Shown: positions 19,963 to 30,640, counted from the first letter of the stretch. The stretch is 64,000 nucleotides of DNA from Minisyncoccota bacterium (GCA_021734945.1 JAIPIA010000002.1:45594-109593), one strand, 5' to 3'. Program-made: numbers and translations. Notes: generated by a model not told the origin, from the letters alone.

Positions 19963-20152
19963 TTATACTATACAAAGTATTTTGAAGCTGATATTTGGGT
20001 GTGTATAAAGGAAACTAAGAGACGTTTAAAACTAGAACAATTTACCCCCAATTAGTGGTTTCGTTTTACCAATACGTATATCTAATTTTAAAAAATCATC
20101 TATTGTTGCCATGTTTTTTTGCTTAACAACTTTCTAACAGAATACTAATTAA

Positions 20153-20836
20153 CTATATAACCCTGAACGTAAATACGTAATTTTTATCCAAGATTGATGT
20201 TCTTGATTTTTGCTGAGGCTGAACTTCAACAAGAGAAACTGTTGAACCTCGGAAACTTATACTTGAACCTGAAGTGATTTCAACATCTTCACTTACATTG
20301 TTTTTCACAAGGTGCACCATTATCTTTGCTTCACCAGCCCATACACATGTTACGTCTGATGGACATCGACTATCAGAAACTACTTTTATTGGTGTTATAT
20401 ATACTCCACCGATAATTATAGTCTGGTTAAGAGCAGCTGATGTTTGGATGTAAGGATTACCTGTTGTATTACCAGAAGTAGAGCCACCTGGGCACGCAGA
20501 AAATTCACAACTTGGACCACTTCGCCCTACAGCAGATCCGTCAGGACAGATTCGTGCGTCCATTGTACATGCAGTCACTGATGGTGTTGTTGGGTTACTT
20601 GGTGTTTGAGATGTCTGATTCGATCCTGTTGAAGGGTTTGTTGAATTTTTTATAGGTTTTGAAGATGTGACTCCAGCGCCGTTTGAGCTATTTGTTGTCT
20701 CTGTTGATGTGGCCTGCATTTCTCCAGAATTATCTAGATTTTCAGTGTTCTTTCGTGAAGAGTTCCATGATAGACCAAGCACTAGGAGAACGATGACTAC
20801 AATTACAGAGATGATGATATTTTTATTGTTTTTCAT
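20153..20836 (-). CDS. Secreted Ser/Thr-rich, Cys-containing hypothetical protein
   Basis: N-terminal TM/signal, low-complexity S/T/N/P region, cluster of 6 Cys. Confidence 0.4.
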   Translation of the reverse strand: MKNNKNIIISVIVVIVLLVLGLSWNSSRKNTENLDNSGEMQATSTETTNSSNGAGVTSSKPIKNSTNPSTGSNQTSQTPSNPTTPSVTACTMDARICPDGSAVGRSGPSCEFSACPGGSTSGNTTGNPYIQTSAALNQTIIIGGVYITPIKVVSDSRCPSDVTCVWAGEAKIMVHLVKNNVSEDVEITSGSSISFRGSTVSLVEVQPQQKSRTSILDKNYVFTFRVI

Positions 20837-21014
20837 TGGTTTTATTTTTAAGAAATCTCTAGGGCTAAAATCTAGCCTTATCTAAGCTGTTATTTTTATC
20901 TTATATACTGACTATTGGATTAATGTCTAAATAATACATCTTTTGGCTAGAAAAACATAGCTAGCACTTTTATGTTAAAAGAAGTCTAAAGTTATTATAT
21001 TCCCCTGTCCACCT

Positions 21015-21275
21015 GTGTTCGACGCAAACGATATGGAAACAACTAACAAATTTAATACTCTATTGGATCAATATAACAAAGTATTATTTGAAGAAGCTGC
21101 TTATGCGAATAAAAATAGTAGCGCGGATATCGGTGCAATCATGGCTGTTATTGATACAAAATCTGTATATGAAAAGCTCATAACATCAGGAACAATTTTT
21201 CATGATGCAGATGGGTTGCACCTAAATGAACTTGGATATGATGTGATGCTTGAGGAGTTGGTGAAGGTGGTTTAG
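21015..21275 (+). pseudogene. Probable C-terminal remnant of an SGNH/GDSL hydrolase
   Basis: Ends with the DGLHLNELGYDVM block typical of the SGNH hydrolase C-terminus (catalytic D..H). No N-terminal GDS block. Only 86 aa. Confidence 0.35.
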
Positions 21276-21302
21276 CAAGAGTCTATTTAAAATTTTTGAG
21301 AT

Positions 21303-21836
21303 CTATTTTAAACCCAATTTATCCTTAATAGACACAAGGTTAAACATATCTTTATTTTTTATATGGACGATAGATAAGTTTGAACTTCTTGCAACATCAT
21401 CAACAAATATATCCCTTTCGATTCTATCTTGCCTATCATGAGTTACATCATCTAGCTCTATTATAAGTAGTGGATTGAAATATGGTTTACTGAATATTAC
21501 AAAATCTACCTTCTTCTTATTTATTTTATTATTATAAGTCTTGAACAAATGCTCATTCTTTTTAACCTCCACGAGAGCACTCAATACAACCTGTGGAACA
21601 ATGTAGAAATTATTGTTAATAAGAACTTCAAGTTGTTGATAGAATACCCATTCAGCCTTTGTCATTAAATATTTTTTCTTCACATAAGGCAATATTTCTT
21701 GCGCAGGCAAAGCTTTCTCAACATCAACATGGGAGATTTTTACCGAAACCTTTGCGTATGAGACTAGCGCAACAAAAACAAATAAAGCGAAAATAATTAT
21801 AGGTAAAAATGTAGACATATCTTGATTATACAACAA
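21303..21836 (-). CDS. DUF2726-domain protein (restriction-endonuclease-like fold) with N-terminal TM
   Basis: LMTKAEWVFYQQLEVL ... KVDFVIFSK ... PLLIIELDDVTHDRQDRIERDIFVD matches the DUF2726 pattern. Confidence 0.55.
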   Translation of the reverse strand: MLYNQDMSTFLPIIIFALFVFVALVSYAKVSVKISHVDVEKALPAQEILPYVKKKYLMTKAEWVFYQQLEVLINNNFYIVPQVVLSALVEVKKNEHLFKTYNNKINKKKVDFVIFSKPYFNPLLIIELDDVTHDRQDRIERDIFVDDVARSSNLSIVHIKNKDMFNLVSIKDKLGLK

Positions 21837-22506
21837 ACCCTAACTCCCCTAATCTCGCCAAAGCTTTTTCCATGAAATAAATCCAATGGTCGTTATCTTT
21901 ATTCTCATTGCGAGCATTCATATCAGCGAGTAGTTCATCGGCACTTACCCATACGAGAGAAAATGTTTCGTGTTCTTCGAGTTCAACAGGATGTACGTCA
22001 GCGCTTTTGAGAATTATCAAAAGACATGTTGCGTGAGCTACGCGATTCACATTTCGCAAACTGTTGTGATAATGAGTGAGTGCTTGGCCAATAACTTCAA
22101 TTTGTGCGAAATCATAGAGACCACTCTCCTCTCGCACTTCTCGGAGTATTCCTTCCATGATGTCCTCATCTGCACTTACACCGCCTGAGAATAGTCGAAG
22201 TGCGCCGTTTGAGGATGTAGACGCCGGTTTTGATGTCGTGTTAGTAGGTGCAGTGTTTTGTGTGTCAGGCAATATAGTGCTTTGTGTAGGTGCTGGATCT
22301 TCTGGTGCTACGGACATAGGTGCAGTAGCGAGCGCAATTATAGGCGCGACTTTGTGATATTGTTTGCCAACCGCAAAAAGTTTTGTAGCAGGATCATACA
22401 CAATTCCACAACCACCATCACGTCGCTCTTCGTTTTCGCGTGGTGTGCCGAATTCTTTTATTGAGGGGTTTTGGATTTGAGACATATTATTTATTAGGAT
22501 TTTCAA
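21826..22506 (-). CDS. NUDIX hydrolase with a Pro/Thr/Ala-rich insertion of about 50 aa
   Basis: Nudix box GGVSADEDIMEGILREVREESGL. Start overlaps the upstream gene by 20 bp and the stop overlaps the downstream gene by 11 bp. Confidence 0.7.
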   Translation of the reverse strand: MKILINNMSQIQNPSIKEFGTPRENEERRDGGCGIVYDPATKLFAVGKQYHKVAPIIALATAPMSVAPEDPAPTQSTILPDTQNTAPTNTTSKPASTSSNGALRLFSGGVSADEDIMEGILREVREESGLYDFAQIEVIGQALTHYHNSLRNVNRVAHATCLLIILKSADVHPVELEEHETFSLVWVSADELLADMNARNENKDNDHWIYFMEKALARLGELGFVV

Positions 22507-23170
22507 TTATTAACTTTCTCCATCCCATTATGTTTGTCAAAATTGTATCTTTACATTTTTCAATATCTTTGTATTCACCATCGTATGGTAACCGTGCAAA
22601 ACCTTTAAACTCGTCTTTTTTAAGACTCAGTATTCTATCTTCTAAAACAACAACAATATTTTCATTATCTTCGTAAGCAGTACATACAATTGCCGTTTGA
22701 ATACCAGAAACTTTCTTAATTCCGAATTGTTGCAAAAAATTTATTTGATCTTCATTGGCAATAATTGATACGAGTTTTGGTCTTGCCCCACCAAAATAGC
22801 TGTGGTTAGCAGGAAATAGATAAATTGAAAAAACATAAACAAAAAATATAGAGACTACAATGGTACAAAGAAATCTAATAAAATTAGAAATCTCTCCTTT
22901 TTCTGCAAATATAGGAGATATTGTGATATGGAAAAATTTTAATAATCCATTTATAATTTCAATTATCAACTTCGCAAAACCATATAGTCCTATGTAAGTC
23001 AGAATAAAGCATGTGCCAGTAAGTATATAAATTCCTTGAAATAAATTTGGAGTAACCCCAAGAAACTGCAGATATATATTCCATACAAAAAATCCTAGAC
23101 CATATGCAGAGGTTGCATATATAGCTAATGACTTACCTATTAATTCAATCTTTTTCTCTATATTTGCCAT
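22487..23170 (-). CDS. Polytopic membrane protein, hypothetical
   Basis: 227 aa with 5-6 hydrophobic helices. Immediately downstream of hsdR. Confidence 0.4.
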   Translation of the reverse strand: MANIEKKIELIGKSLAIYATSAYGLGFFVWNIYLQFLGVTPNLFQGIYILTGTCFILTYIGLYGFAKLIIEIINGLLKFFHITISPIFAEKGEISNFIRFLCTIVVSIFFVYVFSIYLFPANHSYFGGARPKLVSIIANEDQINFLQQFGIKKVSGIQTAIVCTAYEDNENIVVVLEDRILSLKKDEFKGFARLPYDGEYKDIEKCKDTILTNIMGWRKLIIENPNK

Positions 23171-23219
23171 GTATTTAGATATAATAATATAGAAATAGAG
23201 TTTTTACACAAGATATGCT

Positions 23220-26200
23220 CTAAGCCCTCTCAACAGCAAACAACTCAGCCTGCTCAAGGACTGTCTCAGTAGCAGACTCTTGAAAATCTGGCGGGTAACC
23301 ATACTGATTTAGTAGTCTTTTTACCATTACACGCATACGTGCACGCGCTGATTCTCGAACGCTCCAATCTATAGTGGCGTTTTCCTGTACTTTTCCGACC
23401 AAGATTCGGGCGAGTTCTTTTAACTTGTCGTCACCAAGCACTTTCTCAGCACTTTCATTTTGAGCAAGTGCATCATAAAATGCAATCTCATCCTTAGATA
23501 GACCTAGTAAATCCCCTCTTTTATCAGCTTCTTTGATATCTTTTGCAAGTTTAATCAACTCTTCGATAACTTGTGCCGCAGTTAGCAAGTTGTTTTGATA
23601 TCTTTTAATAGCTGCGTGCAACATTTCTGAGAACTTTCTTGCTTGCACTGCGTTCATTTTACTTCTACCACGAAGCTCATCGTTCAAAATCTTCTTTAAA
23701 AGTTCAAGACTAATATTCTGGTGTTTCATCGTTCGTATTTCTTCCAAGAATTCTTCTGACAAAATAGAAATATCAGGTTTCTTGATTCCTGCAGCATCAA
23801 AGATATCTACCACTCCATGCGACACTACCGCCTTATCCACAATCTGTCGGATAGTCGATTCAACATCTATATCTCGTGAACCACCATCGCTTGCCAACTT
23901 TATCAATCGAGCTTTTACCGCTTGGAAAAATGCTACTTCTTCTCGAATAGCAATAGCTCTTGGGTTTGGCATTGCTAATGCAAAAAGCTTTGAGAGTGCT
24001 ATTACCTCTTTTATAAATCTTTCTTTTCGATTATCACCAGCACGTACATCAAGCAAAAACTCTTCTGTTTCAAGAATGGCTCGAAGCTTTGTCTGCGCAT
24101 CATTGATTAGCACTACTTCTTTTGGTGTAGATCCCTTTATATAGTCGTATGAAAGGCCATCTAAGATACCGTATATCGTTTCCAGTTTACCGAGCATATG
24201 TGGTACGACGTCAGTATTTTGTTCAGTGACCATCTCACCTTTTCCTCCACTCTCTGTGTATACAGCAAGAGCCTCTTTCAGGTCTGATGCGATACCAATA
24301 TAATCAACAATCAATCCTCCCGGCTTATCCTTAAATACTCGATTCACTCTCGCAATTGCCTGCATGAGGTTTGCACCCTGCATCGGCTTATCAATATACA
24401 TAGTGTGCATGCATGGCACATCAAAACCCGTGAGCCACATGTCTCGAACAATCACCAACTTGAGTTCGTCTTTTGTGTCTTTAAATCTATTTGCCAAATC
24501 CTTACGATCATCTTTAGTTGTATGATGCGGCTGAAACTCTACAGGATCAGAGGAAGTCGCAGTCATTACAACTTTGAGCGCCCCACCAGTTTTTGCATCA
24601 CTATGCCATTCTGGTTTGAGTGCAATAATCGCATTGTATAGATCTACCGCAATACGTCGACTCATAGCAACAATCATTGCTTTTCCATCAAAAGCTTCCT
24701 GTCGAGCTTCAAAGTGAGTGACGATGTCTTGTGCAATGTCAGCAACACGTGCACCATGTCCGACTACCGCTTCAAGCTGTGCCCATTTTGCTTTGGCTTT
24801 TTCGCTCACAGTAGATTCTTCGCTTTCTAATATTTCATCTACAGTTCTATCTAGCTGTGCTTTCGCTCCTTCATTGAACTCAAGCTTTACCAGTCTTGAT
24901 TCATAACTAATAGGCACCGTTGCACCATCCTCTACCGCCGCTTTAATGTCATACACATCAACATATTCACCAAAAACATTTCTAGTATTCGCATCTTCTT
25001 TCTCAATAGGTGTTCCAGTGAATCCAAGGAATGATGCATTCGGTAATGCATCACGAACATACTTTGCAAATCCATAACTTACATATGCTCCACCCTCATT
25101 TTCACGCACTCTCGCAGTAAATCCATACTGTGAACGGTGTGCTTCATCAGCCATTACTATAATATTTGAACGATCTGAAAGTGCCTCATATTCCACCTCA
25201 CCTTCCATCAATGAAAATTTCTGTATTGTTGTAAATATTACTCCACCTCCATTTGTAGCCAAAAGTTTTCGGAGATCTGCCCGATCTTGTGCCTGCACAG
25301 GGTCTTGTCGAAGTAAATCTTTTGCACCAGCAAATGTATCAAAAAGTTGTTGATCGAGATCATTTCTATCTGTAAGAACTACGATGGTTGGATTGTTAAG
25401 TTGCTGAACAATTTTTCCAGCATAAAACACCATAGACAGTGACTTTCCTGATCCTTGAGTGTGCCATACTACTCCAGCTCGTTTATCACTCCTTATCGCT
25501 TGTATAGTTGAATTGATGGCTTTTTGTACTGCAAAATACTGATGGTATGCAGCTGTCTTTTTGATAGTCTTCATTTCAAGTGATCCATCAGAAAGTGTTT
25601 TCTTTTCAACTTCAAAGACAGTGAAATTTCGAATGAGATCAAGTAACACTTGCGGATGAAGCATACCTTGTACAAGTGTTTCAATTTGTGGAGTTGTTCG
25701 ATTTGCATCACGAGTACCATTGATAGACTTCCATGCTAAGAATCGATCGAATCCACTTGTAATAGTTCCTGTACGCGCATCAAGTCCATCTGAAATAACT
25801 AACAATCCATTGTATGCAAATAAATCTGGAATAGCTTTTTGGTAGTTTGTGAGCTGGGTAAATGCCTTATGAACAGTTGCCTCTTCATTCTTTGCGTCTT
25901 TGAGTTCTATGACCGCAAGTGGTAATCCATTCACAAAAAGTACAACATCAGGAATCTTATCTCGTTCCAGTCCTTTTATATAAAATTGATTTGTAGAAAT
26001 GAGGTCATTCTCAAGAAAATCATTCCACTCAATAATCTGGACATCCTTACCTCTCATGTGACCATCTTCGAGCACTTCTACTTTTACACCTTCGACAAGT
26101 AGCTTGTGCATAGCTCGGTTGTTCTCTACGACGTTGTCAGTCAATGATGCAGTACGGAGTATTTCATTGACCGCAAATATGCAAACATCCTGCGATAGGT

Positions 26201-26363
26201 TTGGATTAAGATTGGTCACAGCAGACATAAGGCGATCCTTGAGAACTACCTGCGATAGATCTGGACGTTCTGGCTCTAATGCTTCAGGACTTACATAAAC
26301 AAAGCCGACTTTTCCAAGAAGTTCGAGTGTAAGCTGTTCAATTGAGGATTCGTTGAGGGGCAT
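23220..26363 (-). CDS. hsdR: Type I restriction enzyme R subunit
   Basis: 1047 aa. HsdR N-terminal domain, SF2 helicase motifs ([15 protein letters not shown]), C-terminal domain. Confidence 0.95.
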   Translation of the reverse strand: MPLNESSIEQLTLELLGKVGFVYVSPEALEPERPDLSQVVLKDRLMSAVTNLNPNLSQDVCIFAVNEILRTASLTDNVVENNRAMHKLLVEGVKVEVLEDGHMRGKDVQIIEWNDFLENDLISTNQFYIKGLERDKIPDVVLFVNGLPLAVIELKDAKNEEATVHKAFTQLTNYQKAIPDLFAYNGLLVISDGLDARTGTITSGFDRFLAWKSINGTRDANRTTPQIETLVQGMLHPQVLLDLIRNFTVFEVEKKTLSDGSLEMKTIKKTAAYHQYFAVQKAINSTIQAIRSDKRAGVVWHTQGSGKSLSMVFYAGKIVQQLNNPTIVVLTDRNDLDQQLFDTFAGAKDLLRQDPVQAQDRADLRKLLATNGGGVIFTTIQKFSLMEGEVEYEALSDRSNIIVMADEAHRSQYGFTARVRENEGGAYVSYGFAKYVRDALPNASFLGFTGTPIEKEDANTRNVFGEYVDVYDIKAAVEDGATVPISYESRLVKLEFNEGAKAQLDRTVDEILESEESTVSEKAKAKWAQLEAVVGHGARVADIAQDIVTHFEARQEAFDGKAMIVAMSRRIAVDLYNAIIALKPEWHSDAKTGGALKVVMTATSSDPVEFQPHHTTKDDRKDLANRFKDTKDELKLVIVRDMWLTGFDVPCMHTMYIDKPMQGANLMQAIARVNRVFKDKPGGLIVDYIGIASDLKEALAVYTESGGKGEMVTEQNTDVVPHMLGKLETIYGILDGLSYDYIKGSTPKEVVLINDAQTKLRAILETEEFLLDVRAGDNRKERFIKEVIALSKLFALAMPNPRAIAIREEVAFFQAVKARLIKLASDGGSRDIDVESTIRQIVDKAVVSHGVVDIFDAAGIKKPDISILSEEFLEEIRTMKHQNISLELLKKILNDELRGRSKMNAVQARKFSEMLHAAIKRYQNNLLTAAQVIEELIKLAKDIKEADKRGDLLGLSKDEIAFYDALAQNESAEKVLGDDKLKELARILVGKVQENATIDWSVRESARARMRVMVKRLLNQYGYPPDFQESATETVLEQAELFAVERA

Positions 26364-26488
26364 GTGTGTATGTGGTCAGAGTACCACACTTTTTGTAGAG
26401 GTGGAAGGTTTGAATTTTTTACCTCTCCATGCAAATTAGATTTAATATTCTTAATCTCAAAATTTGAACAGCTAAACAATATACTAAA

Positions 26489-26761
26489 TTACCAATTTCT
26501 TTTGAAATGCCAACTCTCAAAATTCTTATATTCAAACTCCTTATAATCAATAGGATTAAATAGTTCGTTAGACACGATAACAGATGAAACATCCCTCAAG
26601 AAAGTTTTTTTAGCGTGCATTCCTTCTGGGCTATCTACTGATACATAATAAATTGAATATCCATTAAAACCATCATCCGGATTTTCTCCACAATCTAGCG
26701 GTATACATTTCCGTGCCTTAGAATTACCATCTTTGTCTGTAATTATTAGCCCTAGAATCAT
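26489..26761 (-). CDS. Small hypothetical protein between hsdS and hsdR
   Basis: 90-aa ORF with no motif recognised. Position suggests co-transcription. Confidence 0.3.
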   Translation of the reverse strand: MILGLIITDKDGNSKARKCIPLDCGENPDDGFNGYSIYYVSVDSPEGMHAKKTFLRDVSSVIVSNELFNPIDYKEFEYKNFESWHFKRNW

Positions 26762-26824
26762 TTTTTATTAATTCCATTTTTAAATTCTTGTTTTAATTGT
26801 TCTTGATTTTGCATTTTAAATTAA

Positions 26825-27997
26825 TTAACTTGTAAATATAACACCTAATAATTTATCTCTCAGTCTTGACAGTGTCTGAATTTCTAAAAAATTATTGAAA
26901 ACTTTTTCATCTGTAGAAATGATAATTTGATTAAATCCTTCCTGAATTTCTCTAGATGGAACAATGACTTTAATATTCCTGAAATCATCCTTATTAATTG
27001 AACCAAACACCGTACCGCCTGCTTCAAATTTTTGAATATCTGATTGAGTATTTTTCATCATGTAGAAACAGAAAGATTTGAGATCTGAAGATACACCAGC
27101 AACACCTCGACCAAGACAGCATACTTCGGTTGCTTGATTTATATCACCGACAGGGGCCCTTACACTAACCAATACATCAAACCTATTCGCGGTCCTTTTT
27201 GGCTCAGTCGTATAGAGACGAACAGATGGAAAACGATTACCGAAATCAGTACGACCTTGATAGAAAATAATTCCTTCTCCATCTTCATTATAACTTTCAC
27301 CAGATGGTGACTGTCCCATAGTAATCTTAAATAACTCGCCCAACTTTCCAAGCCCCCACCCTTCCGGCAAACCGTTCACTATCTCCACATCCTCGTGTCC
27401 ATGGAATCGAAAATTGACAAACCACTCCTGAAACAAAGTCTGTGCCATTTTCTCAAGAGTTGTATTCTCACGACGAAGAAGTTCAATTTTATCGTCGAGG
27501 GAGCAGAGGATCGAAGCTATTTCCTTTTGTTCTTCTATGAGGGGAAGTCTAAATTGTTTATTTGCTAATATGTCTGTTTGTACACGCTGTCTCCCTGATG
27601 TCCCCGTCATAGATCTAATTGCAATGTTTCGGAAAAAAGGAGAAATTATAAAGTAATAAATAAATTTCGAATCACTTACATGCTCTTTTTCACGAAAGAC
27701 AAGATATTCAGTTGAGCCGAAGCCAACCTGATCATTCTCAAGAAAATCGACAAAAGCAGTCTTACCATTTTCTAGACATGGAGTAATACGAGCCATCAAT
27801 GTATCTCTATTTTTAAACTTTTGCCCTCCATTAAATTCTTTAAGCTCAAAGCTTGAAACCTGTCTTGTGAATGGATTGATTTTTTCCATCGGTAGATATG
27901 GAGCTATATTTTTTTTGGGAATTTTTTCAATTGGATTGATTTGCAAAAAACTTGAGAGCCTTATATCTTTCCAATTCTCACGTGATGATATGTTCAT
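26825..27997 (-). CDS. hsdS: Type I restriction-modification specificity subunit
   Basis: 390 aa. Two target-recognition domains separated by conserved coiled-coil repeats (LPLIEEQKEIASIL..LDDKIELL). Confidence 0.85.
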   Translation of the reverse strand: MNISSRENWKDIRLSSFLQINPIEKIPKKNIAPYLPMEKINPFTRQVSSFELKEFNGGQKFKNRDTLMARITPCLENGKTAFVDFLENDQVGFGSTEYLVFREKEHVSDSKFIYYFIISPFFRNIAIRSMTGTSGRQRVQTDILANKQFRLPLIEEQKEIASILCSLDDKIELLRRENTTLEKMAQTLFQEWFVNFRFHGHEDVEIVNGLPEGWGLGKLGELFKITMGQSPSGESYNEDGEGIIFYQGRTDFGNRFPSVRLYTTEPKRTANRFDVLVSVRAPVGDINQATEVCCLGRGVAGVSSDLKSFCFYMMKNTQSDIQKFEAGGTVFGSINKDDFRNIKVIVPSREIQEGFNQIIISTDEKVFNNFLEIQTLSRLRDKLLGVIFTS

Positions 27998-28001
27998 AAT
28001 A

Positions 28002-28568
28002 TTATTCAGAAGTTATTTTATAGATACCCTGCCCGATTGAATATAAACAAAAAAGCACCGTAGCAGTTATTATAAATAGAACAGTTTCCTTGCAAAAAAT
28101 ATGATTTGAAAACGCAAGCGAAATAATACAAACACTTATCACACAAAAATTAAAGATTAAAATAAACTTTAATTTTCCTAAAATATCGGACTTTTTATTT
28201 ATATGTTCTCTGTATAAATTCTCAGTGAAAAAATCAATGGAATAGTTTATTAGAGTATCACTCCGTACGGTGCTCTGAATACCAACTCTAGAGGGATCAT
28301 TGGTTTTAATCTTTACTAATTCAGAAAACTTTCTTAAAATCTTCGAATCAGGCATTGTGTATAAAACCCCTAGACTAATCGGTTCATAATCTTTTGTATT
28401 AGCTGCAGCATAAGAATATAATTTTATAACCGCTAATCTTGTCTCAGATAGTATTTTCTCAAAATCTTGTATCTTCCAAACCACAAAAACGGCAAATAAT
28501 CCCGCGAGCGCGGCAAGGACTTGAGCTGATGTACTTAATGTATAAAACCAAATATTATTAAAATCCAT
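28002..28568 (-). CDS. Membrane protein of unknown function inside the type I R-M operon
   Basis: 188 aa. TM helix at the N-terminus and two at the C-terminus. 4-bp gaps to both neighbours. Confidence 0.4.
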   Translation of the reverse strand: MDFNNIWFYTLSTSAQVLAALAGLFAVFVVWKIQDFEKILSETRLAVIKLYSYAAANTKDYEPISLGVLYTMPDSKILRKFSELVKIKTNDPSRVGIQSTVRSDTLINYSIDFFTENLYREHINKKSDILGKLKFILIFNFCVISVCIISLAFSNHIFCKETVLFIITATVLFCLYSIGQGIYKITSE

Positions 28569-28572
28569 ATAT

Positions 28573-28767
28573 TTATTTCTTCTTCACCCCATACTTCGGT
28601 TCAGTCTCTCTATCTGCAAGTTCCTTACCTGACCAACGACCAATTCGCACCTTACAATCATTACAAAGTATTTCGCTGACTCCATCGTACGCATCAGGAG
28701 TACCTGGCACATACTGCACCATTATAATATTTTCACTTTTACATTTTTTACAAGTTTGTTTTTCCAT
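28573..28767 (-). CDS. Small zinc-ribbon protein (CxxC ... CxxC)
   Basis: 64 aa with CKKCKS and CNDCKV pairs. Confidence 0.45.
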   Translation of the reverse strand: MEKQTCKKCKSENIIMVQYVPGTPDAYDGVSEILCNDCKVRIGRWSGKELADRETEPKYGVKKK

Positions 28768-28775
28768 AAAATATA

Positions 28776-29390
28776 TTAGGAATTAATTTTTAATAATCGT
28801 AACTGCTCGACTAGCAGATATACCGTTGTGAATGGATCTCGCTTGAGAGGTGACTCTGTTCCATCTTTAGTATACTGTTTTTCCAAATTCTTAGCATTAC
28901 GCATTGCATCAAATTCTCGCCCCTTCACCAGAGAATACATGTCGATATTTTTCTCATATTTTCGACCGATATGCTTGGTGAGTTTCCCTGCAAATGCATC
29001 ACGGCCAAGTGATGTTTGTAAAAATTCGAAGTGGAGAATAAACCACAACTCAAAGCATTCATTAGAATACGCTACCTGTATACCATTATCTCGTGCCAAC
29101 CGTATTGAACGATCAAAATGCTCGTGATCATCCCGATCAAAGACAACCCACCATTCTGTTTCAAAAGTGGATTTGTGATTTGAACTTTCAGCATCCTTTT
29201 CTTCCATCACATATTTTACGAGTGACTGGGTACTTCGACTCGTCGGATGAATCTGAATATCAATCTGTGTTAAACCCAACTCATCCTTAATAGCTCCAAA
29301 ATAATTAGGTTCAGTTTTTTCTCCTTCAGTATAGATACGAATAACCTTTTTAGGTTTCAAATTACTTGGTTTTCGCGGGAACCTATTCAT
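28776..29390 (-). CDS. RloB-like (AbiLii-type, Toprim-like) protein
   Basis: IRIYTEGEKTEPNYF N-terminal signature plus WWVVFDRDDHEHF and AYSNECFELWFILHF blocks characteristic of RloB. Confidence 0.8.
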   Translation of the reverse strand: MNRFPRKPSNLKPKKVIRIYTEGEKTEPNYFGAIKDELGLTQIDIQIHPTSRSTQSLVKYVMEEKDAESSNHKSTFETEWWVVFDRDDHEHFDRSIRLARDNGIQVAYSNECFELWFILHFEFLQTSLGRDAFAGKLTKHIGRKYEKNIDMYSLVKGREFDAMRNAKNLEKQYTKDGTESPLKRDPFTTVYLLVEQLRLLKINS

Positions 29391-29392
29391 GC

Positions 29393-30640
29393 TTATTTTA
29401 GAACTGAACGGATAAATGGTAATGCTCCGAATCGACCTTCGAGATACTTTTTTGAAAACTCAGTATCATTTCGTATATCAAACTCTCCAAGAGAAAAGAG
29501 CTTACTACCATCAAACTCATCTTTCTCTGTGAACCAAAATTGATCTTTTATAAAATCATCCTTGTATGACAAAAGGCTCGTATCGTGTGTTGTTACGATA
29601 AGTTGTGCACCATTTTTATTCATTTCTTCTGACTCAAAGAGATCTATTATAAACTTGGTTAATTTAGGGTGGAGACTATTATCGAATTCATCAACAATCA
29701 TAATCTTACCGTTTTGGAGAGTATCTATGACTGGACCAAGTACAGAGACAAACTTTTGTGTACCAGTAGATTCCTTATCGAAAGGAACCTCGAATGACCC
29801 CGTCACCTTATGGTCATCATCATGAACTGGATGCTCAAAAAAGAGCATGTTACTTTTTTGTTTTGTAGCTGAAGCAGAGAACTCACCAAAATTATTTTTA
29901 ACATTAATTGCAGGACGTTCTACTTCCTCTGATCTTCCATTAATAATACAAAAATCTGCATGTTTGAGATACGTCAGGATTTGCTCTTTATATACAAGAT
30001 CAGTAGCAAATTTCTTAGCAGTAAAATCTTGATAGGTTTGGTAAGCAACACCAGATATAATATTCAAGCCGTCCCTAATTGCATTAAGAATAGATAAAGA
30101 CATCTGATCGTTCCATTGTGCAGCTACCGAGAGAAATAAAGTCTCCTTGCGCATCTTTTTTACGAGATCCTTATCAATGCTTTTATCCAAAACGATATCC
30201 TGTCCATTTCTCACAAAGAGCTCTTCTGTATTTCCATTTGCTAAAACCTTTACAAAAGACTCTTCAACAATATGATCTTTTACAAATGAAAAGAAATATA
30301 GATAGGTACCGTCATATTTGCCGTCAATAGAAAATGTGAACCAAAAAGATGTAGGTTTCTTTTGTGTAGTAGCTGATCCCGAAAATGGAGTATACGGCAA
30401 CTCCGCATCCACAGGATTATTTGAAGAAAGCATAATCCCGTTTTTCATAATAGTAAGAGCCTCCAGAATAGTAGTCTTTCCTGAAGCATTCGGACCATAA
30501 ATGAAAGAGGTTTTGAGTAGATTTTCACCGTTACTTTCAAAGGTATGGCGGTCGTTTTTTCGAGCAACCATTGAAAAAGTAGCCTTATTTTTAAAGGTTT
30601 TAAAGTTTTCGAGAGAGAATTCAATAAGTGAAATTTGCAT
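29393..30640 (-). CDS. AAA_21/ABC-like ATPase (RloA / AbiLi-type)
   Basis: Walker A GPNASGKTT, Walker B IMIVDEFDNSLHP, QLIVTTHD. A 3-bp gap to the RloB gene. Confidence 0.8.
   Translation of the reverse strand: MQISLIEFSLENFKTFKNKATFSMVARKNDRHTFESNGENLLKTSFIYGPNASGKTTILEALTIMKNGIMLSSNNPVDAELPYTPFSGSATTQKKPTSFWFTFSIDGKYDGTYLYFFSFVKDHIVEESFVKVLANGNTEELFVRNGQDIVLDKSIDKDLVKKMRKETLFLSVAAQWNDQMSLSILNAIRDGLNIISGVAYQTYQDFTAKKFATDLVYKEQILTYLKHADFCIINGRSEEVERPAINVKNNFGEFSASATKQKSNMLFFEHPVHDDDHKVTGSFEVPFDKESTGTQKFVSVLGPVIDTLQNGKIMIVDEFDNSLHPKLTKFIIDLFESEEMNKNGAQLIVTTHDTSLLSYKDDFIKDQFWFTEKDEFDGSKLFSLGEFDIRNDTEFSKKYLEGRFGALPFIRSVLK

Noticed and set aside
23782-26298. Short + strand ORFs inside hsdR
   Set aside because: Antisense shadow ORFs within a 1047-aa gene with strong motifs.
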